DNA of 64,000 nt from Pseudomonadota bacterium (GCA_018241365.1 JAFEDX010000194.1:10411-74410), one strand, 5' to 3'. Positions 29,860-41,190 are shown, numbered from the stretch's first letter. Numbers and translations: made by a program. Notes: generated from the letters alone by a model not told the origin.

Positions 29860-31536
29860 TTACTCTGGCTTATTCAACTGCTCTTTGAGCAACGCACCGA
29901 GCTTGGTGGTGCCGCGTTCGGCGTGCTGGCTCTGGTACTCGGACAGGGTTTCGGCCATCTCGTCCTCGTCCTTGGCGCGGATCGAAAGCGACAACATGCG
30001 GCCCTTGCGATCCATGCCCGTGAACTTGGCCTCGACCTTGTCCCCAACCTTCAGGTGTTGGCCGAGATCGTCGATGCGGTCCTTGGAGAAGTCGCGCGCC
30101 GAGAGGTAGCCCTCGATGCCGTCGGCCAACTCGATCACCGCGCCCTTGGCATCGACTTCCTTCACCGTGCCATTGAGGATGGTGCCGCGCGGATTCGCGG
30201 CCATGAACTGGCCGAACGGATCCTGTTCGAGCTGCTTGATGCCGAGGCTGATCCGCTCGCGCTCGGGATCGACCGCCAGCACCACCGCGTCGACTTCCTC
30301 GCCCTTCTTGAAGTTGCGCACCAGCTCTTCGCCGTTGCCCTGCCAGGAAATGTCGGACAGGTGCACCAGACCGTCGATGCCGCCATCCAGGCCCACGAAG
30401 ATGCCGAAATCGGTGATCGACTTGATCGCACCGTGCACGCGGTCGCCCTTCTTGAAGGTGGCCGCGAACGATTCCCACGGATTGGACTGGGTCTGCTTCA
30501 TGCCCAGCGAGATGCGGCGGCGCTCTTCGTCGACGTCCAGCACCATCACTTCGACTTCGTCGCCGACCTGCACCACCTTGGCCGGGTTGACGTTCTTGTT
30601 GGTCCAGTCCATCTCGGACACGTGCACCAGGCCTTCCACGCCGGGTTCCAGCTCCACGAAGCAGCCGTAGTCGGTGACGTTGGAAACCTTGCCGAACAGG
30701 CGGGTGCCGGACGGATAACGGCGCGTGATGCTGACCCACGGGTCATCGCCGAGCTGCTTCAGGCCCAAGGACACGCGGTTGCGCTCGCGATCGAACTTCA
30801 GCACGCGCACGTCCAGTTCGTCGCCGACATTGACCACTTCCGACGGATGGCGCACGCGCTTCCACGCCATGTCGGTGATGTGCAGCAGGCCATCGATGCC
30901 GCCGAGGTCCACGAACGCGCCGTAATCGGTGAGGTTCTTGACCACGCCGTGCAGGATCGCGCCTTCCTGCAGCTTCTCCAGCAGCTGTTCGCGCTCCTCG
31001 GAGTGCTCGCTCTCGACCACCGCGCGGCGGCTGACCACCACGTTGTTGCGCTTGCGGTCGAGCTTGATGATCTTGAATTCCAGGTCCTTGCCTTCGAGGT
31101 AACCGGGATCGCGTACCGGCCGCACGTCCACCAGCGAGCCGGGCAGGAACGCGCGGACGTCGCGGATGTCGACCGTGAAGCCGCCCTTGACCTTGCCGTT
31201 GATGCGACCGGTGATGGCTTCCTGGCCTTCGAACGCCTGCTCCAGTTCGTCCCACACCATCGAGCGCTTGGCTTTCTCGCGCGACAGCTTGGTCTCGCCG
31301 AAACCGTCCTCGATCGCGTCCAGCGCGACCTTGACCTCGTCGCCGATGTTCACTTCCAGATCGCCGCGTTCGTTGCGGAACTGTTCGATCGGGACAATGC
31401 CCTCCGATTTCAGTCCGGCGTTCACCACCACCACATCGGGGCGGATTTCTACGACGGTGCCGGTGACGATCGCACCGGGTTTCAATTTGGCCAGCGACTG
31501 GCTCTGTTCAAAGAGTTCGGCAAAACTTTCGGTCAT
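29860..31536 (-). CDS. rpsA: 30S ribosomal protein S1
   Basis: [29 protein letters not shown]... with six S1 repeats, 558 aa from the internal ATG. Confidence 0.97.
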   Translation of the reverse strand: MTESFAELFEQSQSLAKLKPGAIVTGTVVEIRPDVVVVNAGLKSEGIVPIEQFRNERGDLEVNIGDEVKVALDAIEDGFGETKLSREKAKRSMVWDELEQAFEGQEAITGRINGKVKGGFTVDIRDVRAFLPGSLVDVRPVRDPGYLEGKDLEFKIIKLDRKRNNVVVSRRAVVESEHSEEREQLLEKLQEGAILHGVVKNLTDYGAFVDLGGIDGLLHITDMAWKRVRHPSEVVNVGDELDVRVLKFDRERNRVSLGLKQLGDDPWVSITRRYPSGTRLFGKVSNVTDYGCFVELEPGVEGLVHVSEMDWTNKNVNPAKVVQVGDEVEVMVLDVDEERRRISLGMKQTQSNPWESFAATFKKGDRVHGAIKSITDFGIFVGLDGGIDGLVHLSDISWQGNGEELVRNFKKGEEVDAVVLAVDPERERISLGIKQLEQDPFGQFMAANPRGTILNGTVKEVDAKGAVIELADGIEGYLSARDFSKDRIDDLGQHLKVGDKVEAKFTGMDRKGRMLSLSIRAKDEDEMAETLSEYQSQHAERGTTKLGALLKEQLNKPE

Positions 31537-31671
31537 GGGGATTCCAGGTTGGGAATGGATCGCGAGGCCTGCAAGTTCCATCGGGTTGTGCTCCACAGGC
31601 GGCGATCCGCCGGTTGGGGGATGCGTCGTGCATCCAAAGGAAAAACCGCGCGAACGCGGCATGGTTTGGGT

Positions 31672-32355
31672 TCAGCCCTTGTGTACGAGCGCGAGTACCG
31701 CGTCCACCACCGCAGCCACCGGCATCCCGGTACTGTCGATCACGACAGCGTCGGGAGCCGGCCGCAACGGCGCGACCGCGCGGGACGCATCGCGTGCGTC
31801 CCGCAACTCGATCTCGTGCAAAAGGCTCGCTAGTGTAACGTCAAGTCCCTTTGCCTTCAACTGCTTATAACGCCTTTCGGCGCGTTCGGCCGGGCTTGCC
31901 GTCAGGAACACCTTGAACGGAGCGTCGGGGAAAATCACCGTGCCCATGTCGCGCCCGTCGGCCACCAGGCCGGGCGGCTGGCGGAACGCCAACTGCTTGT
32001 CCACCAAGGCTTTGCGCACCGCCGGCAGGGCCGCGATCGCGGATGCCGCCGCGCCCGCAGTCTCGGTGCGGATCGCGTCGGTGGCATCGATGCCGTCGAT
32101 GACCACCCGGGTATCACCGCCATCGCCGGGGTCGCGGAATTCGATGCGGGCTTCCGCCGCACAGCGCGCGGCCGCTTCGGCGTCGTCGAGATCGACACCG
32201 CGCACTCCCGCGGCATACCCCACCGCGCGGTAGATCGCGCCGGAATCCAGCAGGTGCCAGCCCAGCCGCTCGGCGACCGCACGGGCGATGGTGCCCTTGC
32301 CGGAGCCGGAGGGACCATCGATGGCCAGTACCGGGGCGCTGTAGGGCATCGTCAT
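31672..32355 (-). CDS. cmk: Cytidylate kinase
   Basis: [35 protein letters not shown]. The start is ambiguous between 32355 and 32349. Confidence 0.9.
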   Translation of the reverse strand: MTMPYSAPVLAIDGPSGSGKGTIARAVAERLGWHLLDSGAIYRAVGYAAGVRGVDLDDAEAAARCAAEARIEFRDPGDGGDTRVVIDGIDATDAIRTETAGAAASAIAALPAVRKALVDKQLAFRQPPGLVADGRDMGTVIFPDAPFKVFLTASPAERAERRYKQLKAKGLDVTLASLLHEIELRDARDASRAVAPLRPAPDAVVIDSTGMPVAAVVDAVLALVHKG

Positions 32356-32382
32356 CTCATGATCTCGGCGGAACGCGAACAC

Positions 32383-33696
32383 CTACCCGGTGTGCAGGAC
32401 CAGGCCGCAACCCTGCGCGAGGTGCACGAATCCGGGGAACGAAGTCGCCACATTAGCGCAATCGGCAATCCTGATTTCTCCGGCCGCCACCGCGCCGGCG
32501 ACGGCAAACGACATCGCGCAACGATGGTCGCCATGCGAATCGACCGTGCCACCGGTGAGGCGTCCACCTTCGATTGCCGCACCATCGGGAGCTTCATCGA
32601 TGTGCACGCCAAGCCTGCGCAAACCCGCCGCCATCACCGCAATCCGGTCCGATTCCTTGACGCGCAGCTCGGCCGCGCCGCGAATGGTCGTGACGCCCTC
32701 CGCACACGCGGCGGCCACGAACAGGCTCGGGAATTCGTCGATCATGTCGGCGACGTGTTCCTCCGGAACCTCGATGCCGTGCAATGGCGCGTGCCGCACG
32801 ACCAGGTCGGCCACGGCTTCGCCACCCGCCGTGTGCGGATTGTCTGCGGCGATGTCCGCACCCATCAGGCGCAGCACGTGCAGCAATCCGGTCCGACGCG
32901 GGTTGATGCCTACACCACGCAGGCGAACCTCCGAGCCAGGCACCAGCGTCGCTGCCACGATGAAGAATGCCGCCGAGGAGAAATCCGCGGGAACATCGAT
33001 GTCGATGGCACGCAGCACATGCCCACCGGTCAGCGCAGCGCGACCGGGCGAGAATTCGATCGGCCAGCCGCACGTTGCCAGCATCCGTTCGGTGTAATCG
33101 CGGGTAGGCCTTGGTTCCACTACCACAGTTTCGCCCTGCGCATACAGGCCCGCCAGCAACAAGGCGGATTTCACCTGCGCGCTGGCAATCGGCGGCGTGT
33201 ATTCGATACCCGCCAGCGTCTTGCCTCCATGCACACGCAGCGGCGGCACGCCGCCAGCACCGGTTTCGATCACCGCGCCCATCCGCGCCAGCGGTTCGGT
33301 GACGCGCCGCATCGGTCGCTGCGACAGCGACGCATCGCCAGTCAAGGTGGTATCGAACGCCTGCCCTGCCAACAGCCCCGCAAGCAGTCGCATCGCAGTG
33401 CCGGAGTTGCCGCAATCGAGCACGCCCTCCGGCGCGCGCAATCCGTGCACCCCGACGCCATGCACGATGCGTTCGCCGGTAGCGGGCGCCTCGATGCGTA
33501 CACCCATCTGCCTGAAGATGCGCGCGGTGGCGCGCGTGTCTTCGCCTTCGAGGAATCCGCGGATGCGCGACGTGCCATCAGCCAGCGCGGCCAACATCAC
33601 CGCGCGATGCGAAACCGATTTGTCGCCAGGCACGCGCACGTCCCCGTGCAGGGGTGAAGCGACCGGGGCGCTGATCCAATCCAGCGTCGTGCTCAC
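32383..33696 (-). CDS. aroA: 3-phosphoshikimate 1-carboxyvinyltransferase (EPSP synthase)
   Basis: GDVRVPGDKSVSHRAVMLAALADGTSRIRGFLEGEDT. The proposed GTG start at 33696 overlaps the upstream stop as GTGA. Confidence 0.93.
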   Translation of the reverse strand: MSTTLDWISAPVASPLHGDVRVPGDKSVSHRAVMLAALADGTSRIRGFLEGEDTRATARIFRQMGVRIEAPATGERIVHGVGVHGLRAPEGVLDCGNSGTAMRLLAGLLAGQAFDTTLTGDASLSQRPMRRVTEPLARMGAVIETGAGGVPPLRVHGGKTLAGIEYTPPIASAQVKSALLLAGLYAQGETVVVEPRPTRDYTERMLATCGWPIEFSPGRAALTGGHVLRAIDIDVPADFSSAAFFIVAATLVPGSEVRLRGVGINPRRTGLLHVLRLMGADIAADNPHTAGGEAVADLVVRHAPLHGIEVPEEHVADMIDEFPSLFVAAACAEGVTTIRGAAELRVKESDRIAVMAAGLRRLGVHIDEAPDGAAIEGGRLTGGTVDSHGDHRCAMSFAVAGAVAAGEIRIADCANVATSFPGFVHLAQGCGLVLHTG

Positions 33697-34832
33697 GGCA
33701 ACGCCTGCAACAGGCGGACGTTCTCCTCGTGGCTGCCGATGCTGATGCGCACGCAGTTCGGCAGCCCGTAGCCGCCCATCGGGCGCACGATCACGCCGCG
33801 GTCGAACAGGTGGCGTTCCAGCTTTGCGGCATCGCTCCGCAATGCGCACAACAGGAAGTTGGTTTGCGAAGGCAGGCAGCGATAGCCGCGTTCCAGCAAT
33901 TCGCCGCGCAACCATTCGCGTTCCGCGCGGTTGAAGGCACGCGCCTTGGTCAGCCAGACCTTGTCGCCGACCGCCGCCGTGGCGCCCGCCAGCGCCACGC
34001 TGTTGACGTTGAACGATTCGCGCAAACGCTCCAACACCGCGACCACGCCGGGATGCGCGACGAAGTAGCCCACGCGCATGCCGGCCAGTCCATAGGCCTT
34101 GGAAAAGGTGCGCGAGACAATGAGGTTCGGGAACCTCCCGGCGAACGCCAAGGCCGTGGTCAGCCCGCGGGCTTCGACGTATTCGTGGTAAGCCTCATCC
34201 ACCACCACCAGCACGTCATCCGGAATCGCGCCAAGGAATTCTTCGAGCGCCGCGTCGTCGAACCACGTTCCGGTCGGATTGTTGGGGTTGGCGAGATACA
34301 CGATGCGGGTATTCCGGCGCACCGCCCGCGCCATCGCGACGAGGTCGTGGCCAAGCGGTGCACTGCGGTGCCGGCGCGGCAAGGCCGGCACGCACACGGC
34401 CTGTGCACCGGTCGCCGCAGTCGCGATCGGGAACACCGCGAAGCCGTACTGCGAATACACGATGGAGTGTTTCGGATCCGCGAAACACTGCGCCAGCAGG
34501 ATCAGCAACTCGTGCGAACCATTGCCCAGCGCGATACGCTCCGTGCCGACACCCAACTGCTCCGACAGCGCGAGCTTCAATGCCGAGCCACGCGGATCGG
34601 GATAGCGGAAAGCTTCCGGCAATGCATCCCGCATGGCTTTCAAGGCGCGCGGGCTCGGTCCCAGCGGATTTTCGTTCGATCCGAGTTCGGCAATCGCCCT
34701 ACCGAAGCGTGCCCGCAAAACCGGCAAATCGTGTCCCGGATCGTAGGCGTGCAGCTTCGCGGTGGCGGGATTGGCGAGTCGCGCGGGATCGAAGTCCGGC
34801 GCGCGACCGGCCGAACGCGTGATGCTAGCCAT
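33693..34832 (-). CDS. hisC: Histidinol-phosphate/aromatic aminotransferase (class II PLP)
   Basis: LGSNENPLGPSPRALKAM ... SRTFSKAYGLAGMRVGY (PLP lysine motif). Internal ATG MASITRS. Confidence 0.85.
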   Translation of the reverse strand: MASITRSAGRAPDFDPARLANPATAKLHAYDPGHDLPVLRARFGRAIAELGSNENPLGPSPRALKAMRDALPEAFRYPDPRGSALKLALSEQLGVGTERIALGNGSHELLILLAQCFADPKHSIVYSQYGFAVFPIATAATGAQAVCVPALPRRHRSAPLGHDLVAMARAVRRNTRIVYLANPNNPTGTWFDDAALEEFLGAIPDDVLVVVDEAYHEYVEARGLTTALAFAGRFPNLIVSRTFSKAYGLAGMRVGYFVAHPGVVAVLERLRESFNVNSVALAGATAAVGDKVWLTKARAFNRAEREWLRGELLERGYRCLPSQTNFLLCALRSDAAKLERHLFDRGVIVRPMGGYGLPNCVRISIGSHEENVRLLQALP

Positions 34833-35910
34833 GGGCTTTCGCGAACCCCGCCATGAAATCACGCAGCGCGCGCACGGCGTCGATCGGCACCGCGTTGTAC
34901 AGCGATGCGCGTATCCCACCCAGCGCGCGATGTCCTTTCAATGCCAACAATCCAGCTTCGGCCGCCCCAGCCACGAACACCGGCTCCAGCGCGGGATCGT
35001 GCAGGTTGAAGATCACGTTCATGCGCGAACGTGCCGCAGGTACCACGCGATTGCGGTAATACCCGCCGGAGTCATCGATGGCGGCGTACAACAAATCGGC
35101 CTTGGCCTGGTTGCGACGCCCCATCTCGGCCAGGCCACCCTGTTGCTTGAGCCACTGGAAGGTCAAGCCGGCGAGATACCAACCCCACGTATTGGGGGTG
35201 TTCAACATCGAGTCCGCCGCGGCATGCTCGGCGTAGCGGAAGATCTTCGGCAATGGGCGCGGACGGCGTTCCAGCAGACCCTCTCTCACGATCATCACCA
35301 CGAGGCCGGATGGCCCGATGTTCTTCTGCGCGCCCGCGTAGATCAGTCCGAACTTCGAAACATCCAGTGGGTGCGACAGGATGTCCGAGGACATGTCGGC
35401 CACCAGCGGCACATTGCCAACGCCGGGAATCCCATGCATCTCGACGCCATGGATGGTTTCGTTGGTGGTGACGTGCACGTAAGCCGCTTTCGGGTCGAGG
35501 TCCCATCCCGCACGCGCCGGAATGGACGCGTACCCGTCGGCCTTGGAACTCGCGGCCACCCGGGTGTCCGCGTAGAACGCGCCCTCGGCCACTGCCTTTT
35601 CGCCCCAATGGCCGTTGACGATGTAATCGGCACGCTGGCCGTCTGCTGCAAGATTCATCGGAACCTGCGCAAAGTGCTGGGTTGCCCCGCCCTGCAGGAA
35701 CAGCACCTTGTAATCGGATGGAACCGCAAGCAGCTCGCGCAGGTCGGACTCGGCTCGCGCAGCCATCTCCATGAAGGCCTTGCCCCGGTGGCTCACCTCC
35801 ATCACCGACGCCCGCGCGCCGTTCCAGTCCAGCAGCTCGGCCTGCGCGCGCTGCAACACGTCCATCGGCAAGGCGGCCGGGCCGGCACTGAAATTCCACG
35901 CTCGCGACAT
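34825..35910 (-). CDS. serC: Phosphoserine aminotransferase
   Basis: MSRAWNFSAGPAALPMDVLQRAQAELLDWNG...VMEVSHRGK. Internal ATG with a GAGGAAG Shine-Dalgarno sequence, 361 aa. Confidence 0.93.
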   Translation of the reverse strand: MSRAWNFSAGPAALPMDVLQRAQAELLDWNGARASVMEVSHRGKAFMEMAARAESDLRELLAVPSDYKVLFLQGGATQHFAQVPMNLAADGQRADYIVNGHWGEKAVAEGAFYADTRVAASSKADGYASIPARAGWDLDPKAAYVHVTTNETIHGVEMHGIPGVGNVPLVADMSSDILSHPLDVSKFGLIYAGAQKNIGPSGLVVMIVREGLLERRPRPLPKIFRYAEHAAADSMLNTPNTWGWYLAGLTFQWLKQQGGLAEMGRRNQAKADLLYAAIDDSGGYYRNRVVPAARSRMNVIFNLHDPALEPVFVAGAAEAGLLALKGHRALGGIRASLYNAVPIDAVRALRDFMAGFAKAHG

Positions 35911-35939
35911 GGCAGGAGCTTCCTCGAAGATGACGGGCA

Positions 35940-36689
35940 TTACCAGCGGAAATACAGGAAAAACGCGATGAGCATGGCCAGCAACACCGCCGCCGCGATC
36001 AGCCACCAGACTTCGCCCTGGGCTGGCGGCTCGGGCTCGGGTGCTGGCCTGGCCACTGGTGTCGGTGGCAGTGCCGCGACGTGCGCGGCGTACTGCAGGC
36101 CGGGCGCCTCGACGATCAGGCGGTGCTCCCCAAGCACGATCTGGTCGCCATGTGCCAGCCTGGCCCGCTGGCAGCGCCAGCCGTTGACGCGCGGTGTCGC
36201 GCTGTCGGATTCGAACACCAGCCCATCGGGACCCTGTGCGATCCGGCATGCGCAAGCCAGTTCGCCAAAATACCGCGCGCCTGCACCAAGGCGCAATTCC
36301 GGGGCAATGGCCAAGGCCTGCCCGGACAACACGCCTGACACGACCCGCAGCACGATCAGCCCACCCGCCCCATCCAAGGTGGCGGCCTCGCCGGGCTGCG
36401 GCGGCGCCTCGTCGGTCGTCAGCAGATACTTGTTGGCTCCCAGCGCCAGCGTGTCTCCATAGTGCAGCAAGGCTCGTTCGCGCACTGCGCGGGCATTCAC
36501 GTACACGCGCTGGCTGCCGGGATTGACCGTGAGCACCAGGCCACGCGCATCGGCGACGACCGTCGCATGACGTGGCTCGACGCCCGCGCCGACCTGCACG
36601 ACGTCATTGACGGGTGCGCTGCCGAATTGCACCGGGCCTTGCCCGCACAGGATCGGATCGCGGGCGGGTTGGATGCAGACGACGCGCAT
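35940..36689 (-). CDS. Tail-anchored protein with two FHA-like domains
   Basis: Two segments have the FHA-like pattern (G..P.N.V.V....V...HA.V ... GS...YVN ... L..GD.L.LG...LL). A Pro-rich linker and a C-terminal TM segment (WWLIAAAVLLAMLIAFFLYF) follow. Confidence 0.55.
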   Translation of the reverse strand: MRVVCIQPARDPILCGQGPVQFGSAPVNDVVQVGAGVEPRHATVVADARGLVLTVNPGSQRVYVNARAVRERALLHYGDTLALGANKYLLTTDEAPPQPGEAATLDGAGGLIVLRVVSGVLSGQALAIAPELRLGAGARYFGELACACRIAQGPDGLVFESDSATPRVNGWRCQRARLAHGDQIVLGEHRLIVEAPGLQYAAHVAALPPTPVARPAPEPEPPAQGEVWWLIAAAVLLAMLIAFFLYFRW

Positions 36690-36752
36690 GGAGGGCCTTG
36701 CCAAGATGCCTGTCAATGTAGCATGACGCGCCGCAACATACGTCCGGCACTC

Positions 36753-37031
36753 ATGCCCGATATCGATATCCACCATACGCATTCGCTGGGCCGGCAAGCC
36801 TGCCGCACCGCCGTCGATGAAGTGGCCCGCGAACTTTCCGCACGCTTCGATCTGGGACCGATGACGTGGAGAGATGACACCCTCTCGTTCATCGGGCACG
36901 GCGTCGAGGGACAGCTCACCGTCGGCGACAACGACGTGCATGTCCTGGTCCGACTGGGGCCGCTGCTTGGACTGGCGCGGCCGCTGATCGAGGCGGAAAT
37001 CCGCCGCCATTTGCGCAAACGGCTTGGCTGA
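36753..37031 (+). CDS. Polyhydroxyalkanoic acid system family protein (small, uncharacterised)
   Basis: 92 aa. [34 protein letters not shown]...[20 protein letters not shown] resembles the TIGR02610-type family. Confidence 0.6.
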   Translation: MPDIDIHHTHSLGRQACRTAVDEVARELSARFDLGPMTWRDDTLSFIGHGVEGQLTVGDNDVHVLVRLGPLLGLARPLIEAEIRRHLRKRLG

Positions 37032-37108
37032 TGTGCCATGTTGCGCTTTCGCAGCTGGCCGCTTCGTGGCAGAATGTGCGGCTTCACGACTCGCGCCCAG
37101 CGCAATCC

Positions 37109-37327
37109 ATGGCCAAAGACGACGTCATCGAAATGGAAGGTACGGTGCAGGAAACCCTGCCCAATACCATGTTCCGCGTACAGCTGGAAAACGGGCACGT
37201 CGTCACTGCGCACATCTCCGGCCGCATGCGCAAGCACTACATCCGCATCCTCACCGGCGACAAGGTCAAGGTCGAGATGACGCCCTACGACCTGACCAAG
37301 GGCCGCATCACCTACCGGATGCGTTGA
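37109..37327 (+). CDS. infA: Translation initiation factor IF-1
   Basis: [70 protein letters not shown], 72 aa. Confidence 0.97.
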   Translation: MAKDDVIEMEGTVQETLPNTMFRVQLENGHVVTAHISGRMRKHYIRILTGDKVKVEMTPYDLTKGRITYRMR

Positions 37328-37353
37328 AGCCGCAACGCACCGGCCGTAACTGA

Positions 37354-38772
37354 TCAGACGGCAACCCGCGTACCGGGCAGCGGCAGCGTGACCTTGCTGC
37401 CCCACTTCGATTGCAACTCGTCGGCGAGTTTCGAACGGCCGGGATCCTCGCCGTGCACGAGGCACACCGGAGGATGTTCCGCAATCTGCCCGTACCACGC
37501 CGACAGGCCAGCCTGGTCCGCATGCGCGGAAAGACCGCCTACGGTGTGCACGTGTGCGCGCACCGGGATGTCGTCATCGAACAGCTGGACGTGCTTCGCG
37601 CCTTCAACGATGACGCGCCCCAACGTGCCGTTGGCCTGGTAGCCGACGAACACGATGTGCGCCGCGGGATTGGCCAGGTTGTGCCGCAGGTGGTGGCGGA
37701 TGCGTCCACCCGTGCACATGCCGGAACCGGCGATGATCACCGCGTGATCGTGGATAGCATTGATACTGCGCGATGCTTCGCCATCGGCGGTCAGTGTCAG
37801 GTTGGGCAGCTGCAATGGATTCGGACGCGACGCCCACAATTTTTTTGCCTCGGCATCGAACAAATCTTCATGGCGGCCGTAGGCCGCGGTGACGCGGATC
37901 GCCATCGGACTGTCGAGGAACAGCTTGAACCGGCCAAGCCCCCACTCGTCGAAATGCTCGGCGAAGATGTACAGGAGTTCCTGCGTGCGGCCGACCGCGA
38001 ACGCGGGGATTACCACGTTGCCGCCATCCTTGTGCGCAGCCGCGAAGATCGCTGCCAGTTCGGCAGCGGTGTCCTCGTGCGACTTGTGCAGGCGATCGCC
38101 GTAGGTCGACTCCATCACCACCAAATCGGCCGCCGGCACGGGCGCGGGATCGCACAGGATTGGCGTGTTGACCGGGCCGAGGTCACCCGAGAACACCAGC
38201 TTGCGCGTGACGCCGTTTTCGGTCCCGTCGAGTTCAACCGTCGCGGAACCGAGGATATGCCCCGCATCGCGCAAGGTCAGCGTGATGCCCGGCAGGATTT
38301 CCGTCGGTGTGTTGTATTCAACCGGTCGCATCAGCCGGGTTGCCGCATTGACATCGTCCTGCGTGTACAACGGTTCGCCGGGCTTCTGACCGGGCTGCAG
38401 ATGTCGATTGTCGTGTTCGGCATCGGCCATTGCGATATTCGCGGCATCAGCCAGCATGATCGTGGCGAGGTCAATGGTTGCCGGATGCGTGAAGATCGGC
38501 CCCGTGAAACCGCGCTTGACCAGCAACGGCACCCGCCCGGTGTGATCGATGTGGGCGTGACTCAACACCAGTACATCGATGGCGGCCGGATCGAACGGAA
38601 ACGGCACGGCATTGCGATCGCCGGCCGTGTCTTCGCCCTGCGCGCGCTTCGGCCCGCCCTGGCTTTCACCTTGCACCATGCCGCAATCCAGCAGCACGCA
38701 TTTGCCCGCCACTTGGACCAAATGACACGAGCCCGTCACCTCGCCGGCCGCGCCGTGAAAAACGATATCCAT
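37354..38772 (-). CDS. MBL-fold metallo-hydrolase of the beta-CASP (RNA-metabolising) type
   Basis: MDIVFHGAAGEVTGSCHLV...LSHAHIDHTGRVP (HxHxDH), with beta-CASP and C-terminal motifs. AAGGAG Shine-Dalgarno sequence before the internal ATG. Confidence 0.8.
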   Translation of the reverse strand: MDIVFHGAAGEVTGSCHLVQVAGKCVLLDCGMVQGESQGGPKRAQGEDTAGDRNAVPFPFDPAAIDVLVLSHAHIDHTGRVPLLVKRGFTGPIFTHPATIDLATIMLADAANIAMADAEHDNRHLQPGQKPGEPLYTQDDVNAATRLMRPVEYNTPTEILPGITLTLRDAGHILGSATVELDGTENGVTRKLVFSGDLGPVNTPILCDPAPVPAADLVVMESTYGDRLHKSHEDTAAELAAIFAAAHKDGGNVVIPAFAVGRTQELLYIFAEHFDEWGLGRFKLFLDSPMAIRVTAAYGRHEDLFDAEAKKLWASRPNPLQLPNLTLTADGEASRSINAIHDHAVIIAGSGMCTGGRIRHHLRHNLANPAAHIVFVGYQANGTLGRVIVEGAKHVQLFDDDIPVRAHVHTVGGLSAHADQAGLSAWYGQIAEHPPVCLVHGEDPGRSKLADELQSKWGSKVTLPLPGTRVAV

Positions 38773-38972
38773 GCATCCACTCCTTTCCGGGTTCATCGGA
38801 TTCACGCTGCGGTATCCTCGCATTTCTGCGCGCAATGCAAGCAACCGTGGCGCCTGCGTGACTTTCGGCAGGGTACTGGATCCGCGCACTGGGTTATGGT
38901 CGCTGCATTTGTTCCGATCGACATCCTTGGTACACACCCGATTCATCTCCCGATATCCATGAGGCAAGCTCC

Positions 38973-41132
38973 ATGCAAAAACATCTGTTGACTCCCATCG
39001 CGCTGGCCATCGGCGTGGCGCTGGCCACTGGCGGCTGCAGCCAGACCCAGTCCGGCGCCCCGGGTTCCGCTTCCGCGCCCGCATCCTCGTCCAGTGCCCC
39101 GGCACCTGCGCGCACCGCCGCGGCACCGGTCGCGGCCTCCACCGCGGGCGCTGCGCTGGCGCAGCCCATCGCATTCACCCTCGACGACCAATACAGCCCC
39201 TGCAACGATTTTGCCAATTACGTCAATGCAAAGTGGAACGCGGCACACCCCATCCCAGCCGATGAAACCACCTGGGGCGGATTCCAGATGCTGCGTGAAC
39301 AAAGCCTGCAGGACCAGCGCCAGCTGCTGGAAACCGCTGCGCAGGATGCCAAGGACAACCAGGGTTCGGAGCTCGAACAGAAACTCGGGCGCCTGTACGC
39401 AGGGGGGATGGACAGCGCGGCCATCGACAAGCTCGGTTACGACCCGATCAAGCCGCAACTCGCGGCGATTGACGCGTTGAAATCGCCGGCGGAAATCCAG
39501 GACTTCCTCGACACCAGCTTCAACGATGGCAACAGCTACGTCTTCCACTTCTACGCGCGCGCCAACCTGAAGGACGCCGCGATCCAGATCGGTTACGTCA
39601 ACCAGGGCGGCTTGGGCCTGCCCACTCGCGACTACTACCTCGATGCGAAATACAAACCCATCCGCGACCAGTACGTGGCCTACATCGCCAAGACCCTCGA
39701 GCTGGTCGGCACGCCGGAAGCCGATGCAAAACAGCAAGCCGACCAGGTGCTGGCTTTCGAGACCGAGCTTGCCAAGGCCTCGTTCTCGCCCACTGAATTG
39801 CGCGACATCGACAACCGCTACCACTTCGTCAGCGTCGCCGAAGCCGGCAAGGTCAACACGCAGTTCTCATGGCCGAAGTTCTTCAAGGCGCAAGGCGTGG
39901 ATGTCGGCAAAGGCTTCTCGCTGTCGCAGCCGAAATTCTTCGCGGAGTTCGACAAGCTGCTGGCGCATGCACCGATCCCGCAGTGGCAGGCTTACCTGAA
40001 GTTCCACCTGGTCAGCAATGCTTCCCCGGCGCTCAGCCAACCATTCCAGGACAACCGTTTCGACTTCTACGACAAGACCCTAGCTGGCCAGCCCGAGCAG
40101 AAGGACCGCTGGAAGCGCGTGGTTGCCATGACCAACGAGGCGATGGGAATGGGTCTTGGCGAACTGTACGTCGCCAAGTATTTCCCTCCGGAAGCCAAAC
40201 AACGGGCCGAACAACTGGTCACCAACGTGCGCGCCGCGCTGAAGCAACGGATCGAAAACCTGGATTGGATGAGTGAAGCCACCAAGAAGAAGGCGCTGGA
40301 GAAGTGGGCGTTGTTCCTGCCCAAGATCGGATATCCCGAGAAAGGCCAATGGCGCGACTGGTCGGGGCTCACCATCCAGCCCGGCGATTTCTATGCCAAT
40401 CTCCAGGCCGCGGACAAATACAACTACCACTACAACATCGGCAAGATCGGCAAGCCGACCGACCGCCTGGAATGGTTCATGACCCCGCAGACGGTCAATG
40501 CCTATTACGACCCGACCACCAACACCATCAACTTCCCGGCCGCGATCCTGCAGCCGCCGTTCTTCTACGCCAAGGGCGACGATGCGGTGAACTATGGCGG
40601 CATCGGCTACGTGATCGGGCATGAGTCAAGCCATGGCTTCGACGACCAGGGCAGCCAGTTCGATGGCCACGGCAACCGCGTCAACTGGTGGACGCCGCAG
40701 GACAAGAAGAAGTTCGACGAGCGCACCGCTGCGCTGGTCAAACAATACGATGCCTACGCACCGATCGAGGGCAAGCCGGACCTGCACGTCAACGGCAAAC
40801 TGACGCTGGGCGAAAACATTGCCGACCTGGGAGGTCTCAACATCGCCTACGACGCTTTGCAGACAGCGCTGAAAGCCGATCTGAAGGAAGCCGACGCAAA
40901 AATCGACGGCATGACCGAAGACCAACGCTTCTTCATGAATTCGGCGCGCGTGTGGGAAGGCACCACCCGCGAAAAACGCGCGGAACTGCTGCTGAACGTT
41001 GATCCGCACTCGCCCGGCAAGATCCGTGCGTTCGCCTCCGCCAGCAACATGCCTCAGTTCGCGCAGGCCTTCCAGTGCAAGCCCGGCGACAAGATGGCGC
41101 ACACGGGCAACCAGCTGGTAAAGATCTGGTAA
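38973..41132 (+). CDS. M13 family zinc metallopeptidase (PepO/endothelin-converting-enzyme-like) lipoprotein
   Basis: Lipobox LATGGCS, HExxH as VIGHESSHGFD, a downstream ENIADLGG motif and C-terminal ...LVKIW, 719 aa. Confidence 0.9.
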   Translation: MQKHLLTPIALAIGVALATGGCSQTQSGAPGSASAPASSSSAPAPARTAAAPVAASTAGAALAQPIAFTLDDQYSPCNDFANYVNAKWNAAHPIPADETTWGGFQMLREQSLQDQRQLLETAAQDAKDNQGSELEQKLGRLYAGGMDSAAIDKLGYDPIKPQLAAIDALKSPAEIQDFLDTSFNDGNSYVFHFYARANLKDAAIQIGYVNQGGLGLPTRDYYLDAKYKPIRDQYVAYIAKTLELVGTPEADAKQQADQVLAFETELAKASFSPTELRDIDNRYHFVSVAEAGKVNTQFSWPKFFKAQGVDVGKGFSLSQPKFFAEFDKLLAHAPIPQWQAYLKFHLVSNASPALSQPFQDNRFDFYDKTLAGQPEQKDRWKRVVAMTNEAMGMGLGELYVAKYFPPEAKQRAEQLVTNVRAALKQRIENLDWMSEATKKKALEKWALFLPKIGYPEKGQWRDWSGLTIQPGDFYANLQAADKYNYHYNIGKIGKPTDRLEWFMTPQTVNAYYDPTTNTINFPAAILQPPFFYAKGDDAVNYGGIGYVIGHESSHGFDDQGSQFDGHGNRVNWWTPQDKKKFDERTAALVKQYDAYAPIEGKPDLHVNGKLTLGENIADLGGLNIAYDALQTALKADLKEADAKIDGMTEDQRFFMNSARVWEGTTREKRAELLLNVDPHSPGKIRAFASASNMPQFAQAFQCKPGDKMAHTGNQLVKIW

Positions 41133-41190
41133 TCGATCATTACGGAACCGAACGCGCTTGACGCGTCCGGTTCCGCGAAAACGACACCCC

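Noticed and set aside
36462-36752. 5' extension of the 189-aa ORF overlapping the FHA gene on the opposite strand
   Set aside because: Only the last 92 codons (from ATG 36753) resemble the small PHA-system family. The extension is antisense to the FHA-like gene and has a shadow-ORF composition.
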